A stretch of DNA of 64,000 bases from Peribolospora baueri (lineage: Eukaryota). The position numbers and the translations under genes were made by a program. The notes beneath the pieces were generated by a model that ran no database searches, was not told where the DNA came from, and worked only from the letters and a program-made list of their open reading frames with translations. Position 1 is the first letter of the stretch. Every line of letters starts with the position of its first letter. The stretch covers positions 186,001-250,000 of the forward strand of contig JAMDHS010000003.1 of the NCBI GenBank assembly GCA_029717555.1, read 5' to 3'. Shown here in pieces: positions 35,805 through 48,700 of this stretch.

Positions 35805-36477
35805 GTTGATCGTAGCTAACGGTGTGACGGGGGGCATCACATCGCGCTCGTGTACGCTATGTGGTAGTTTGATCGATGATCTAAGCGAATATCGTGCGTC
35901 TGCACCGAAGATGCGCTCGCGCCTGCTAACTTAGCGCAAACTGCCCCTGTCACACGAGCGGAAGGTTTCCAGAATGCTCGGACGAGCAATGTGCTACCAT
36001 GATGAGCAGATCGCCTGCGCATGATACAGTGGACACGGGGAAAAGCTGCAAGATGGGAGAGCGAGGACGGATCAGGCTGCGAGGGTAACGAGGTTGGGGA
36101 GTAGTTTTGGTGGCCGACAAGAGGAGGCCGATAAGGCCGATGAAACTCACGCCCAGACCAGGATGGGAAGCAGAGCTTAAGCTACGGTCACACAGAGCGC
36201 AGTAAAGAGGCCGCTGCGAGCGACAGGGACGAGTCGCCTGCCAGTAAGGACAACGAGGATGTTTCGACGAGAACGACCGTGAGGAGACTATGTACTGTAG
36301 AGTGGTATCATTGTCGTCGCCTGCTGCTCACATCACGAGGGAAGAGGTGCCCAATCTGATGGCACACATCAAACGCCTCATCTACATACATGTTTCGCTA
36401 CGCGCCTACATCGTCACGAGCCATCGCACTCCTTTAATACACACTTGCCCACCCGATCTCCAGCTAACTCGGCCAAC

Positions 36478-39080
36478 CTAGACCCACGAATGGGAGACGA
36501 GCCTCTGAGTCAAGGTGAGCGCTTCGTACTGCGTCTTGGGATCTTTGTGGCTCATGAGCTCCATCGCTCGCGTCTTTGCGTCTAGATCATTGAGTTTACT
36601 GGAGGCCGGCAGGCCGGCGGAAAAGTAGGAAAAGAAAAAGTAAGAGCGGGATAAGAATCTTACACCAGAGAATGCCGGACAGCAAAATGGACAGAAAACT
36701 TGGCTGGAAAATGTATCGGGCGATCCCTCACCTTCGACCTTGCTCGTAAAATTTGATATACTGCCCGATGTCGCGACACGCAACCGCCAAGACCTCTGGA
36801 TCTTGGGACGTGCGGAGGATTTCGACCAGTCGCCTTAACGATGAGGAGCATGGAATAAAAGAGAGAAAGTTGGAGTAACGGACAAAGCGGCATTTCCGCC
36901 GTGTGACGTCAAAGTAGCCATCAAAACTCTCGTTGTCGACTCCCTCATCACATGAAAGGGAACAGCATAGCAATAACGTCAAGAATCTACCCACTTTATC
37001 CCTTCCCCATCCTTCTCATTGAGCTTTGCCGCATTTTCCTTCCAAAAATCGACCGACTCATGCACAGGGTTGTCCCACGAGAGACGGCCGGAGGCGAGCT
37101 CGGAGGCGTACTCGTCGTATGTGCTGTCGAGGTAGCCAAAAAGAAAACGAGTCGAGTCTTATTGGTAAGCACGTTATCGCTCGGTCGGTTCTGGGACGGA
37201 ACAGTTAGACATTCGCACGCGCAAATGGATAGAAATAACCTACCTCATGCCCTTAACAGCTTCGGCCAACTGATCGCGCACGAAGGAGACGTCCTCCTCC
37301 ACCTCCTCGTCGGACCACTTGCGCGTCAGTAGGTTCTTGGTCAGGGGGAGCACTTTGGATCCCAGCATGGCTGGGATATTCGCGTCGGGCGCCTTAGCGA
37401 TCAGATTCTGAAATCGATCGTAACATGAGTTGGTCATAGGAGGTCAATCGTATCAACCTGCTACGCTCTTGATGTCATTCTTCGTCAATAGGTGTACCTC
37501 CGAGTAAGCCACTCACCCTAAATGTCGCCATGACCACTCTTACCACCTTCTCCTTCACCGCTGTCCTGGCAATGTCCGTCAGTAGAGGAATGATGTTGTA
37601 CGTGCTGTTTGCATCACGGGAACAAGTTAGTACAAGTCGGTCTAGTTTAGCGCCCCGCATCAGTGCAAGGAGGAGACACAAGCGGAACGGACTGACGATC
37701 CCGAAATCAGGTGATCATGACGGCGAAGCGGGACAACTCACGAGTTAATACGAGCGGCAACTTCATCCTCGAACGTGAGAAGCCAGATACAGAAGATGAC
37801 CTGATACTGCGTCTGGGGGTTGGATGTACCTTGAAGGATTTTCAAGAGTCTTGTTGTCGCGCACAGGAGCCGCCCATCAGACCACCATCGTCAAGTTTAA
37901 GCGTTCGCCCAGACGCCACAGACTCACCCACTAAGGAAGCTCCTCTCCCCGTCGAACTTCCAAACCTCCCCGCGGTACTCCTTCCTGCTGACCAGCCCGG
38001 CAAGGCACTGAATTGCGACGTCGTGCTTATTGGCGTCAGTGGAGTGGACAAGTGCGGAAAGGGTGGTTAGAAGACGGCCCAAGACGTCGCGGGTGGGCGC
38101 CGGTGGGGTTGGGGAACTGCGCGCAGTGAGTGTGAACGAGAGGGACGGGCCGATGTCGGAAGTGGATCCAACATGTGTAAGAATGGTTTCACGTTCTATA
38201 CGAGACTCAAAATGGATCGGACGGTTGACTCGCCTGGCCAGTAGAGTAATCAAATGGACAGCCTTGAGCTGCACAAAGTCGTCGGGGCTGTCCAGAAGCC
38301 TGTACCCGCAGCAGCAACGAGTCGAACACGAGAGAACGCGATGAGCATCAATGAAAAAGAAGTCGTATTATTTGCCAATATTCACAGCAGGAGCACAGAG
38401 CCCTCACTTTAGGAACGGTCGATATAGAGCAGCAGGGTCGGATGACGACGCCGCCTTCTTGAAAAGAGCCACACGATCTTCCCGGTCTGTGAGGTACGAA
38501 GCATGAACACATATGGGTACAAGGACCAGCGAGTGCTCAATGAAGAGACTGGACAATCCTATTGAAATATAACGCCAGAACCTGAGCCACGACTCACCGG
38601 CGACCATATCGCTGACAAGGACGAGGATATGCTGAAGAGTATCCACCCGGGACAGCTTGGCAATCAGATTGAGGTAGAGTTTCGCATACGCTTCGCCCTC
38701 CTGCAATGGGAAAGAGTAGGACATGCACGCCCATTCTCGCCGGTAAGCACCGCGGACTTTTGTTGTACATTCAGGTCTCGTATCTCGTACGAGGCGAGCG
38801 ACCGAACCGGCGAGAATGCGGGACGCACCTGATCGTACACCTCATCTACTTTCTTCTTGCTCTGCCGATCGACCTTCTTGATCATCGCCAGCTCGTCCAT
38901 GCTGACGAGGCCCGCACGCTGGTATCCTTCCCAGGGTACGGGCTTGGCCCTGATCTTGGCCGCCACTTCGTCGAGGAAGGGGCTCGTGACCATGGCCGAC
39001 CCTGGTGGGTCGATGGTCGCCGCGCCTGCTCCACTGGCGCCTGCGCCGTTCGTCTGGCGCTGCTCTCTGTCCGTGACCAT
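36478..39080 (-). CDS. VMA13: V-ATPase V1 subunit H; start at 39080 or 38993
   Basis: [66 protein letters not shown]...[29 protein letters not shown]. Confidence 0.93.
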
Positions 39081-39375
39081 AGAAGAAGATGGCCTGTAAT
39101 CGGGGAAGGTCTGCAAAACGCGAAGAGGAAAAGGAAATGGCCTAGGATAGCTGAGCTGGAGTTGTCCGCTCGCGTGTGTACCGTGCTAGAGAGGCGTAAT
39201 CGGCTCGAACCAGGAGTGATCGAACAGGGGGCGGGGTGGGTGTTTAAGGCTAGGGTTATTGCCGCAGCTCCCATCCATCCTTCTTCTTGCTCGACGCTTG
39301 CCCGGCTTGGAGTCTTTCCAGCCCGGCGCTCATCCTTCGTCCCTTTGCTTCCCTCTTCGCACCTCATCGCTCGCC

Positions 39376-40740
39376 ATGCGTACGCCTACGTGTTGGTCCT
39401 GCATGACGGCCGCCTCCTCGTCTGCGTTGGGCGGCTTGTCCACGAAGCGAGCGTCAAGAGGTGTGTACCGCCCTTTAGGCCTCAAGGGCATTCATCAATC
39501 AGTGATCGAGCCTGACCATTTCTACCGTTTCCAATCATCTCTTAGGGCTCAATAAGGGTCTTTCAGCATGGACCGCTCAGCGCACTTTGTCGACGTCCGG
39601 CCCCGCGCGTCGACCTGAAGAGGCCTCATCTCCCTCTCAGTCCCCCTCCGCTTCCGGGTCCCCCACCTCTCCACCATCCCGCCTCTCCGCCTCCCTGCTC
39701 CTAGTCCGCTCTCCTTTCATCACCCGTTCCCCAACGCCTTTCGAAGACGCTTTCCACATCTATCAACAAAAACTTCGATTAAACCTTTCCAAACCGTTCC
39801 CCACAGAGTTTTATTTCAAGAAGGGCAGCGCCGGCCAGAGGAGGTGGGAAGAGGAGCGGAAGAAGTATGAGGAGCGCATTTTCGCTTCACCATCTGAGGC
39901 TGCCGAGGCGAGGGAAGAGCAGGAGCAGCAAAACCAGTCGCCTTCTTCGACTGAGTCATTGGCGGGCGCCGAAGGTGAGGCCGAAGCGGAGGCGGCCCTC
40001 CTGAAGCCTCTCCCTAGAACGACGGCGGCAGATGAGGCGAACGACGTGCAGAGCTTGGACAGGAAGCTCGATCGGAGCTTGTATCTGCTTGTGAGGAGAG
40101 ACGCTGGCAGCGCCAAGTCCAAGGGGAAAGGAAAAGAGAAGGAGAGTTGGGTTTTGCCTACCGATGGCGTCGACGTTGAAGGCGGTGAAGCGCTGCATCA
40201 GGTGAGTCGCAGGTCCAGTCGTGCATGTCGGCCTGCCCATCTCGACCAAGCTTTCTAGAGCTTGGACGTTGATGCGGTGAACGTCACATAGATTCCCTTT
40301 CATCGTGTTCACACCCTGCCGTTCGCTAATGTTTCCTCCTCATTATTACTCTCTCATGTCTTCCTCAGACGGCGTCCCGAGCGCTGCACACCACTTTGGG
40401 TAGGGACATGGATGTCTGGCTCGTAGGCAACGCTCCCATCGGCGTTTACGATGGTAGTGAGACCGCGGAGAAGGTGAGCTAAATTTACCCATCCCCGCGT
40501 CGTGAGCTTGTCCCTTTAAGGCTCTCATGATCAAGTGCATGTGGACGGATGCTCACGTCTCCTGCACCTATTCCGCTCCAACAGGTCTTCGTGATGAAAG
40601 CCCACATGCTTGCGGGCCAAGCTTCGCCGATTAAAGGCACCTCAACCACGGGCTTTGCGTGGCTGACCAAGGAGGAGGTGCGGGACCGCGTCGAGCCCGA
40701 GTATTGGACGAGGGTGGAGGGTCTTTTGAGCGATTTGTAG
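39376..40740 (+). CDS. MRPL17: Mitochondrial ribosomal protein mL46
   Basis: Arg/Ser-rich presequence; LSASLLLVRSPFITRSPTPFE; FPTEFYFKKGS; PRTTAADEANDVQSLDRKLDRSLYLLV; MDVWLVGNAPIG; VFVMKAHMLAGQ; FAWLTKEEV. Confidence 0.88.
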
Positions 40741-41232
40741 TTATTTCAGCGTAGGACGGGAAATGGGAGAAGAAGAGATGTTTCTCGGACGAGATCTTAG
40801 ACGATGAGTCGTCGGTTTGTTCATGCCCATGTACCACCGTGCCTGCTCTCCTCGGCTTGCTCTCGGAACGAAAGTGGACTGACTGGCTGATTGCACGGCG
40901 CGCGGCTCGAGTGTGACACGGCGCGTGGGAACATGGCTTGAAGCACGATCCTGATCTTGAATTGGCCATTAGTCACATGTAACACCTGAGTTGTAATACC
41001 CTCCGCGCTCCAGCTCTTCAATTTTTCACCTTCGCGCGTCCTTTCGTCCATCGCTGCCACCATCGGTATCGACGAGTACGCACGGTCGACACGGACAGGC
41101 TCGCCTTCTTTTCTGCCTTCGCCACGCTCTCTGGCCCGCCGTCGACCGTCCTCCCCTCGGCCATCCCCTGGCCCTTATCACCCCCTTCATCGGTAAAAAG
41201 ACAACTGGACGCAGACCGGACTCGTCGCAACC

Positions 41233-44200
41233 ATGTCGCGTTTCTCTAAGCCGGAAACGCAGCTCAAGGTGAGCACCTCGAGGCAATCGGAGAGAAGTAA
41301 GCCTGTCGCTTGGAAGCATGGCTGATTTCTCCTTCTTGTCGCTTCTCCATTGTCACCTGCAGCGCTCGGAGGGTAAGCTAGAGCAGTTAAAGTTACTTCT
41401 CGGCGTCGTATTCCGCTGGCTCATCCCCTCCACTTGCTCTCGCTGGCTTCCCCCCCCTTCCCACTCCGCCCGCAGAGCTGATCAATGTCGGTCAGTCTCC
41501 GGCGGCGCTGCAGACGCTCGTCGAGGTGTTCGCCTCGAAGCGCATCAAGTTCACCCCGATCGCCTCTCTCGAGCCGGTCATGCTCCGACTGATCGACCTC
41601 TGCGTCAATCTTCGCCGCGGCAAGACGGCTCGAGATGCGTTGTTGCAGTACAAAAACGTCTCCCAGAACACCAACGTCGCTTCCATCGAAGCCATCATCA
41701 AGCGTTTCATCTCGCTCGCGGACAAAAAGTTGGTCGAGGCTCAGGAGAAGGCCAATTCCATCGCCTCGGAGCTTGATGTGGATGACTTGGAGGAAATGGA
41801 GACACCGGAGAGCATGCTCCTCAGCAGCGTCAGCTCCGATCAAAGCAAGGACAGGACCGATCGCGCCGTCGTCGCCCCTTGGCTCAAGTTCCTCTGGGAG
41901 GCTTACCGAACCGCTCTCGATATTCTGCGCAACAACGCCCGACTCGAGATTCCGTATCAGGTGAGTTTCCCGAAGCGTCCGCTCCACCTGCGTGTCGCAC
42001 GCACTCATAGCCTGCTGTCACGTTTGCTCTTTTGCTTTCGCAGCAAGTCGCAAATCAAGCCCTGAAATTCTGCCTGCAGTACCATCGACAGACCGAGTTC
42101 CGTCGCTTGTGCGAGACGCTTCGAACACACCTGCAGAACATCGCTCGTTACTCCCACCAGGCCCACTCGATCAACCTCTCTGACCCTGACACCCTCCAGC
42201 GTCACCTTGATACTCGTTTCGCTCAACTCAATGCAGCGGTCGAGCTCGAGTTGTGGCAGGAGGCCTTCCGCTCCGTCGAGGACGTGCACAACCTCCTCAC
42301 TATGGCCAAGAAGGCCCCCAAGCCTTCGATGATGGCGAACTACTACGAAAAGCTCGCGAGGATCTTCATGGTCTCAGACAACCACCTCTTCCATGCCGCC
42401 GCTTGGAACCGCTACTATGCCCTCGCTAAGCAGCATGTCAAGAGCGAGGAGGAGCACACGAGGCTCGCGTCGTGCGTCCTGCTCTCTGCGCTCGCTGTTC
42501 CTGTCATCTCCTCTCGCAGCAGCACCACCGGTCACAACAAAGTTAAGATCGACTTCCTCCAGGTCGACGATGAGACGAAGAGCAAGAACGGCCGTCTGAC
42601 GGCCTTGCTCGGCTTGTCTCGATCGCCCACCCGCGCAGGCCTGCTTCAGGAGGCTGTGAGTGCCGAGGCGATCCGCATTGGGCCAACGAGCGTGACATGG
42701 TTCTTCCGCTCATTGCTCCATTATTTTGTCTTGCGCTTCTTCAGCTCAACCGCAACGTCCTCAAGCGAGTACGTCCCGAGTTGCGGGAGCTCTACAATAT
42801 CCTCGAAGCCGAATTCCACCCGCTTTCCATCTGTGCCAAGATCGAGCCTATCATCAGCCAGGTCGCTCAGGATGCCGAGTTGGCCAAGTACGTCAAGCCG
42901 CTCCACCAGGTCATCCTCACTCGTCTTTTCCAGCAGCTCAGCCAGGTCTATGATGCCGTTAAGATCGAGCAGATCCTCGAGCTCGTGTCCGCTTTCAAGG
43001 AGCCTAATAGCTACGATGCGGGCGACATCGAAAAGTTCGTCATGAACGCCTCCAAGCGCGGTCATCTCTCCATCTCGATCGACCACGTCTCTCGCTCCGT
43101 CACTTTCAAAGACGACATTTTCACGTCTAACTTCCACCCCGCCGCCACCACCGCGTCCGGCTCCTCCATCGATGCCGACGTCGTCAAGCTCCAGTCCACC
43201 CCCTCGGAGCTCGTTCGCACCCAGCTCGAACGCCTCGCCACTTGTCTCAATACGACACTCAAGGTCATCGACCCCACTATCCTCGCTGCTGCTCAGGAGG
43301 CGAAAAAGGCTGCTTTTGCCATTGCCTTTGAACAAGCGGAGGCGGAGCACAAGGCCGCTCTGCAGCGTAAGGACATCATCGCTCGCCGCAAGGAGTTGGT
43401 CGAGGAGCTCCAAGTCCGAAAGGAGAAGGAGGAAACCAGCGCTCGTGCGGAGAGGCAAAAGGCGCTCCAGGAGGCCGAGGCCAAGCGCCTCGCGGAGGAG
43501 ACCAAGCGCAGGGAGGCGGAGCGCGTGCGGAAAGAGCTCGAAGCCGTCCGCATTGAGGAGGCCAAGAAGCTGGCTGACAGCTTGAGGGAGAAGAGTGGCA
43601 TCACTATCGACGTCGAGGTGAGAGCTCTTGCATATCCATGATTTTTGCTAAATTTGGCACAGATCCATACGCTGACGTTTTCTTTTTGTTCGGCTCACAG
43701 GACTATGCCACGCTGGACACAAACAAACTCGTGCAGATGCAAGTTGAGCACATCGAAAAAGAGAAGAAGGGGCTGAACGAAAAACTGCGCATCATCAACA
43801 AGCGCATCGACCACTTGGAGCGCGCTTACCGTCGCGAAGAAAGGCCGTTGCTGGACGAGGACTACCAGCGGCAACAAGCCGAGGATCTCGAGTTCCACAA
43901 GTCGGCGCGAGCGGCCTTGCTCGAGGCGTCGCGCGAGAAGCACGCGGCCGACCTCGAGGCGAAGCGCCGTCTGCTGCGCACTATGCCCGACTATCTCCAT
44001 CTGCGCAAAGTGATCGAGGAGAGGAAGCGCGAAGAGTTCGAGGCCAAGCGCGAGAGGGCACGGGCCAAGATCGAGCAGGAGAAGGAGAAGAGAAGGCAGC
44101 AGGTCTTGGCGGAGCGGGAGGAGGAGAGGAGGCGCGCCGAGGAGGAGGAGCGGACACGCCAGGAGGAAGAGGAAAGGGCTCGCTTGGAGAAGCAGCGTGA

Positions 44201-44953
44201 GTCGAAGTGGCCACAGGTATCAGGCAAGGCAAAGGTCGGTCATGTTGGCATTGCTAACCTATCCGTTCATTCCTATCTTATCGTACCACAGAGGAGGAGA
44301 TGGAAGCCGAGCTTCATGCCCAGGAAGAGGCGAAGCGCGCCGAGCTCGAGGCGGCCAAGAAGGCAGAGTACGAGGAGCGCAGGCGCAAGCTGGACGAGAT
44401 CGCCGAGCGCCAGCGCCAGCGCGAGGCCGAGGTGGAGGAGCGTCTACGTCAGAAGCGCGAGCCTGCGGCCCCTGTCGCTGGTGCCAGTGTCTGGCGCAAA
44501 GGGGGCCCTTCCGGCGCCGTCGCCGAAGCTCGCCGCGATGCGCCTTCCCCCACCCCTGCGGGTCCGCCGCGCGTGTTGGGCGCGAAAACAGGCGGCTGGC
44601 GCGAACGTGAAAAGGCCAAGATGGCGGGTGAAACCGCGGCGCCGGAGGGCGCTTCTGGCGCTTCTGCAAACGTCCCTGCCCGTGGGGCCAGGGAATCGCC
44701 TGCTCCCGCTGCGGAAGAGTCCAAGCCAAACGTGTACCGTCCTGGAGCCTTCAAGAACGTTCAACCTGGAAGCTGGAGGGAGCGCGAGGCCAACAGGGCC
44801 GCCTCTGCACAGCAATCGAAGGCGGACGATGACGGCTTCCAGACCGTGTCTCGAGGCGGCGCCCAGGCGAGCGCAGGCGGCAGAGGGGCATACAGGCCTC
44901 CGGCCGCACGCGGTGAGCGTGGTGAGCGTGGTGGGCGCGGTGAGGGATGGTAG
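41233..44953 (+). CDS. TIF32: Translation initiation factor eIF3 subunit a
   Basis: [103 protein letters not shown]; charged coiled coil and an RG-rich tail. Confidence 0.96.
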
Positions 44954-45715
44954 GCGTACGTATGCATTCGTCCAAGGTCGGTCGTCGCTCGCCTTGTTCG
45001 TTCGTATCGCGCATCTCCGTTCGTGTTCGTCCGTCTATGCAGGGCCGTCGCCAGTCGTCACGTCCGTCGCAATTGTCATATGTCGTGTCCTTACCACAGG
45101 TTCCATGTTGGGGTTAAAAATATGCTTCCCAGTCTTCGATCATCATTGTCACTCTGCCTTCCTTGACGACATGCGACGAGACGGGATAAGATGGCCGTCA
45201 CCGACGATGGCCGACGACGTGATGAGGTTATGTAAAATTATCCCCTACGCCCACCGCCATGAGGAATAGATGATACGAGCTCGACGACAGCGGGTGGTTG
45301 GCTTTGCACGTCGGAAGCACGTGATCTGGCCGTTATCTTGCTGCGGAGATGACCTTGACGAGGGCCGGGATCTGATGAAGAGGCTTCTCGTGGGTCGTCG
45401 CGACCGCCTGAGCATTCACTCTATCATCCTTCGTCCTCGTTCTCGCATTTCGTGTATCGTGTATCGTCTTCGTCAGAGTGTATACCCCACGGCTCTCGCG
45501 CGTTCCTACCTCGGTATATCGACAACAGCCGCCCATCCTCCGGCTTCAGCGGTCAGCGGCTGGGTTATCCAAATCTCCAAAACAGCCCACCTAGCAGTTC
45601 TACGTCAACCTCGACCTTTGATCCTTGCGATCCCCCGCCTTGACCTAGGCGCCTGGCTTCCAAACTTCTACGGATCGACGTCGCGTGGCTGGGCCCATCG
45701 TCGCGACCGAATACC

Positions 45716-48700
45716 ATGGCGACTCCAGGTCCCCCCGGTTCGCCCTTGGGGGGCAATTACCTCCTTCCGGAAGCCGACATCGCGAGCAAGACGCACAGCC
45801 GCAACAGTTCGACTTCCAGTGCCGGCTCGGGCAGCACAGACGTGTTCGTCAACGGTCCGTGGCACGCCAACGACCCGAGTCCGGACGTCGTCATCTCCGC
45901 CTCCACGTCTCGACGACGAGGCTCGTCTCCGACCGAAGGTCTGACGTTTCGCAGTGGCGGTTCGAGGGAAAGCTTTTCAGAGGCCGCTCGAAGCGCCGTG
46001 TTTGTGCAACAGGATGACAACGGCTCGGCCATCCACTCTTCCCTGTCCCCTTCCGCTCTCGGCTTCCGGTCTGCTTCCTTCGATGCACCCATGTCCTCCT
46101 TTGACCCGCACGAACAGGCACATTGGGTCAACACTGGCGGTTCCTCCGACGCTTTGCACGCCCAGGTGGTCGATGAAAGCGACACCGCCATTCTCACCAG
46201 CAACCAGACCGAGGCGGGCTACGATCGACTCGGTCGTTCGCGCTCTCATGGCAGAGGGAACCACAATCATGTCGAGGCCGGTAATTACGCTGCCGACTCG
46301 CCTGTACACAGGAGGCAATCCCGGAGGACCTCGCGCGACTGGGACGCTACTGCACCAGGCCTTCAACGAGCGCGGAGCGGCATCTCCCGTGTCTCCAGGA
46401 GCATCCGAAGGGCTAGCATACGCGTGGTGAACATCCGGGGCGAGGAGAGCACGAGCGAGCTGCCTCTAAGCGCAGGCCAGGATGAGGTCGTCCTCGCCGA
46501 CGCGTACGATGGCCAGGACGAGGGCGATGACTATAGACTTAGGGAGGCGCGAGCGTTGGCCGGCCTGAGGGGCAAGTCGTTGGGCGTGTTTGGACCGGAT
46601 AGTAAGCTGAGGAAGGCTTTGGCTAAGGTCTTGGTGAACAGGTCAGTCGAAGGTTTTGTTTGGTGTTTCCTTGGGTCTCGTTGCAAATCTTCCTAACGCT
46701 GCATCACTCCATTCCATGGCAGCTGGACGGAGCCTATCATCCTCGCCCTAATCATTGCCGACGTGATCGTACTCACCATCCAGTCCGCTAAGTCGGTCTT
46801 CAACCAGCCGCGGAAACCCGGCTACTTCAATTACTGGGAAGACTATGCTCTTTTCGTCCTCTTCATTTTTTTCACGTGAGTCATTGCGCAGATCTACCGG
46901 CAGCCGTCCAATCGGATCTGAATGGAACTGCTTGCCTTCCCGCCTTCAGGATCGAAATTGTGGCGCGCATTATTGTAGGCGGTCTCTTTGTCAATCCAGG
47001 ACAGGAGCACCTGGCGCCGGCTGGCCTGGAAGACCCGGATTCACCCACAGAGGTCCAATCCGATCACTTAAACTTCTCTTCCAAGCTTAAGGCAAAGGCC
47101 GCAGCCGTTTTGCGGCCCTCGCCTTCATTGTCCGAAAAGGTGTCCGACTTCTCTCCCAAATCGCCTTCGCGTTTGAGGTCGTCGTTCGCCGGCAAAAGTC
47201 GACAGAATAGGGCGCCACCTCGACTCACTATCAACACATCTACGACTGACTTGTTGGACCATCCGACGCCCGGCCAGAACGTGACCAAGACAGCTACGGT
47301 TCGCACCGCGGGCACCTTCTTCTCTTTGAACGAGGCCCCCTTCAAAGAAGCCATCTCCCGCCAACGATCCCAGGCCACCCAGTCCGCCTTCCTCCGCCAT
47401 TCGTGGAACCGCTTGGATCTCATCGCCGTCGTCTCCTTCTGGATCATGTTTATCTTGGCCATCCTCCGTCTCGAGTCGACGCCCAACGCTCACATCTATA
47501 TCTTCCGAGCGCTCAGCGTGCTCAGATCTACTAGGCTGCTGACGATCACCAGCGGAACAGCCGTGCGTTCGTTTCCTCCCGCCCCCCGCATTCAACCACC
47601 ACGCGCACAAGGCATGCTCATCACTGCTTTCTCTTCTGCCATTCTGCCAGACCATTCTCAAGTCCCTGAAACGCGCAGGACCCATGCTCGTCAACGTGGC
47701 CTTCTTCGTGGTCTTCTCAATGGCCCTGTTCAGGTGGGTCCATGTGATATCGTTCTCGGAAAGCAGCAGGTGGTGGGGAACTGTCGTCTCACCTTTTCCT
47801 TCCTACCCTCAGCATCATCGGCGTCCAGAGCTTTCAGGGCTCGTACCGAAGATGTTGTATGTGGATAGGTGAGGTGTCCTCGAACTTTGTGTCACGCCAC
47901 GTCTCAGAGACTGACCTCATCGAATGTAACCACATCGCTCACAGACCCGGCTGGCGTGAACAACTATACGTTCAGCCAGTTATGCGGCGGCCATGTCAAT
48001 AACGTCACGGGCGATTTGGAGGGATACGTGTCTCAGGATGGAATGGTATTGTCGGATACGGCTAAGGGATTCATCTGTCCTGCCGGACAGCTCTGCGTGG
48101 TGCGTTGCGTTGCTGTGTCGTGGTGTGGCGACGACGACGTTTCGCGACGCCATTGAGCGCGGCCGAGGTTGGGGCCCGCTGACTCGTCGGTCATTGTCCA
48201 CGTTCACGTCGCGTCCTCTCGACGCTTACAGGAGCAAAACAACCCGCAAAGTGGCACGCAGAGCTTCGACAACGTCTTTGCAGCATTGATGCAGGTCGTT
48301 ATTCTCGTTTCCGGTGAGTTGATTGGAACGCCTAGGATGCGCTCGTGTTAAAGTGGCGGCACTGATGATTTTCCCCTTCGATCTCTCGTGTGGGGAACAT
48401 TTTCGCTCTCGCGCTCGCTTGTTCCATTGAACAGTCAATACGTGGTCGGTAGTGATGTACAACATGATGGACGCGGATTACTTCGTCTCGTGCCTCTACT
48501 TCATCTTCGGTGTCCTCATCCTCAACTTATGGATGATGAATCTCTTCGTCGCCGTCATTAACAACACCTTTGCTAACATTCTGGACGAGACCAAGCAGAG
48601 CGCTTTCGCGGCCGTAAAGTGAGTACAGGCACTTCCATTCGGCTTTCCATGAGGGACTGCAGCTGATATTTATTCCTTAATACGGCAACTCAGGGTCGAG

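Noticed and set aside
35840..36470. Small ORFs and a GTGAGT donor between the convergent CUS1 and VMA13 genes
   Set aside because: No convincing start codon, acceptor or protein motif; probably 3'UTR sequence.
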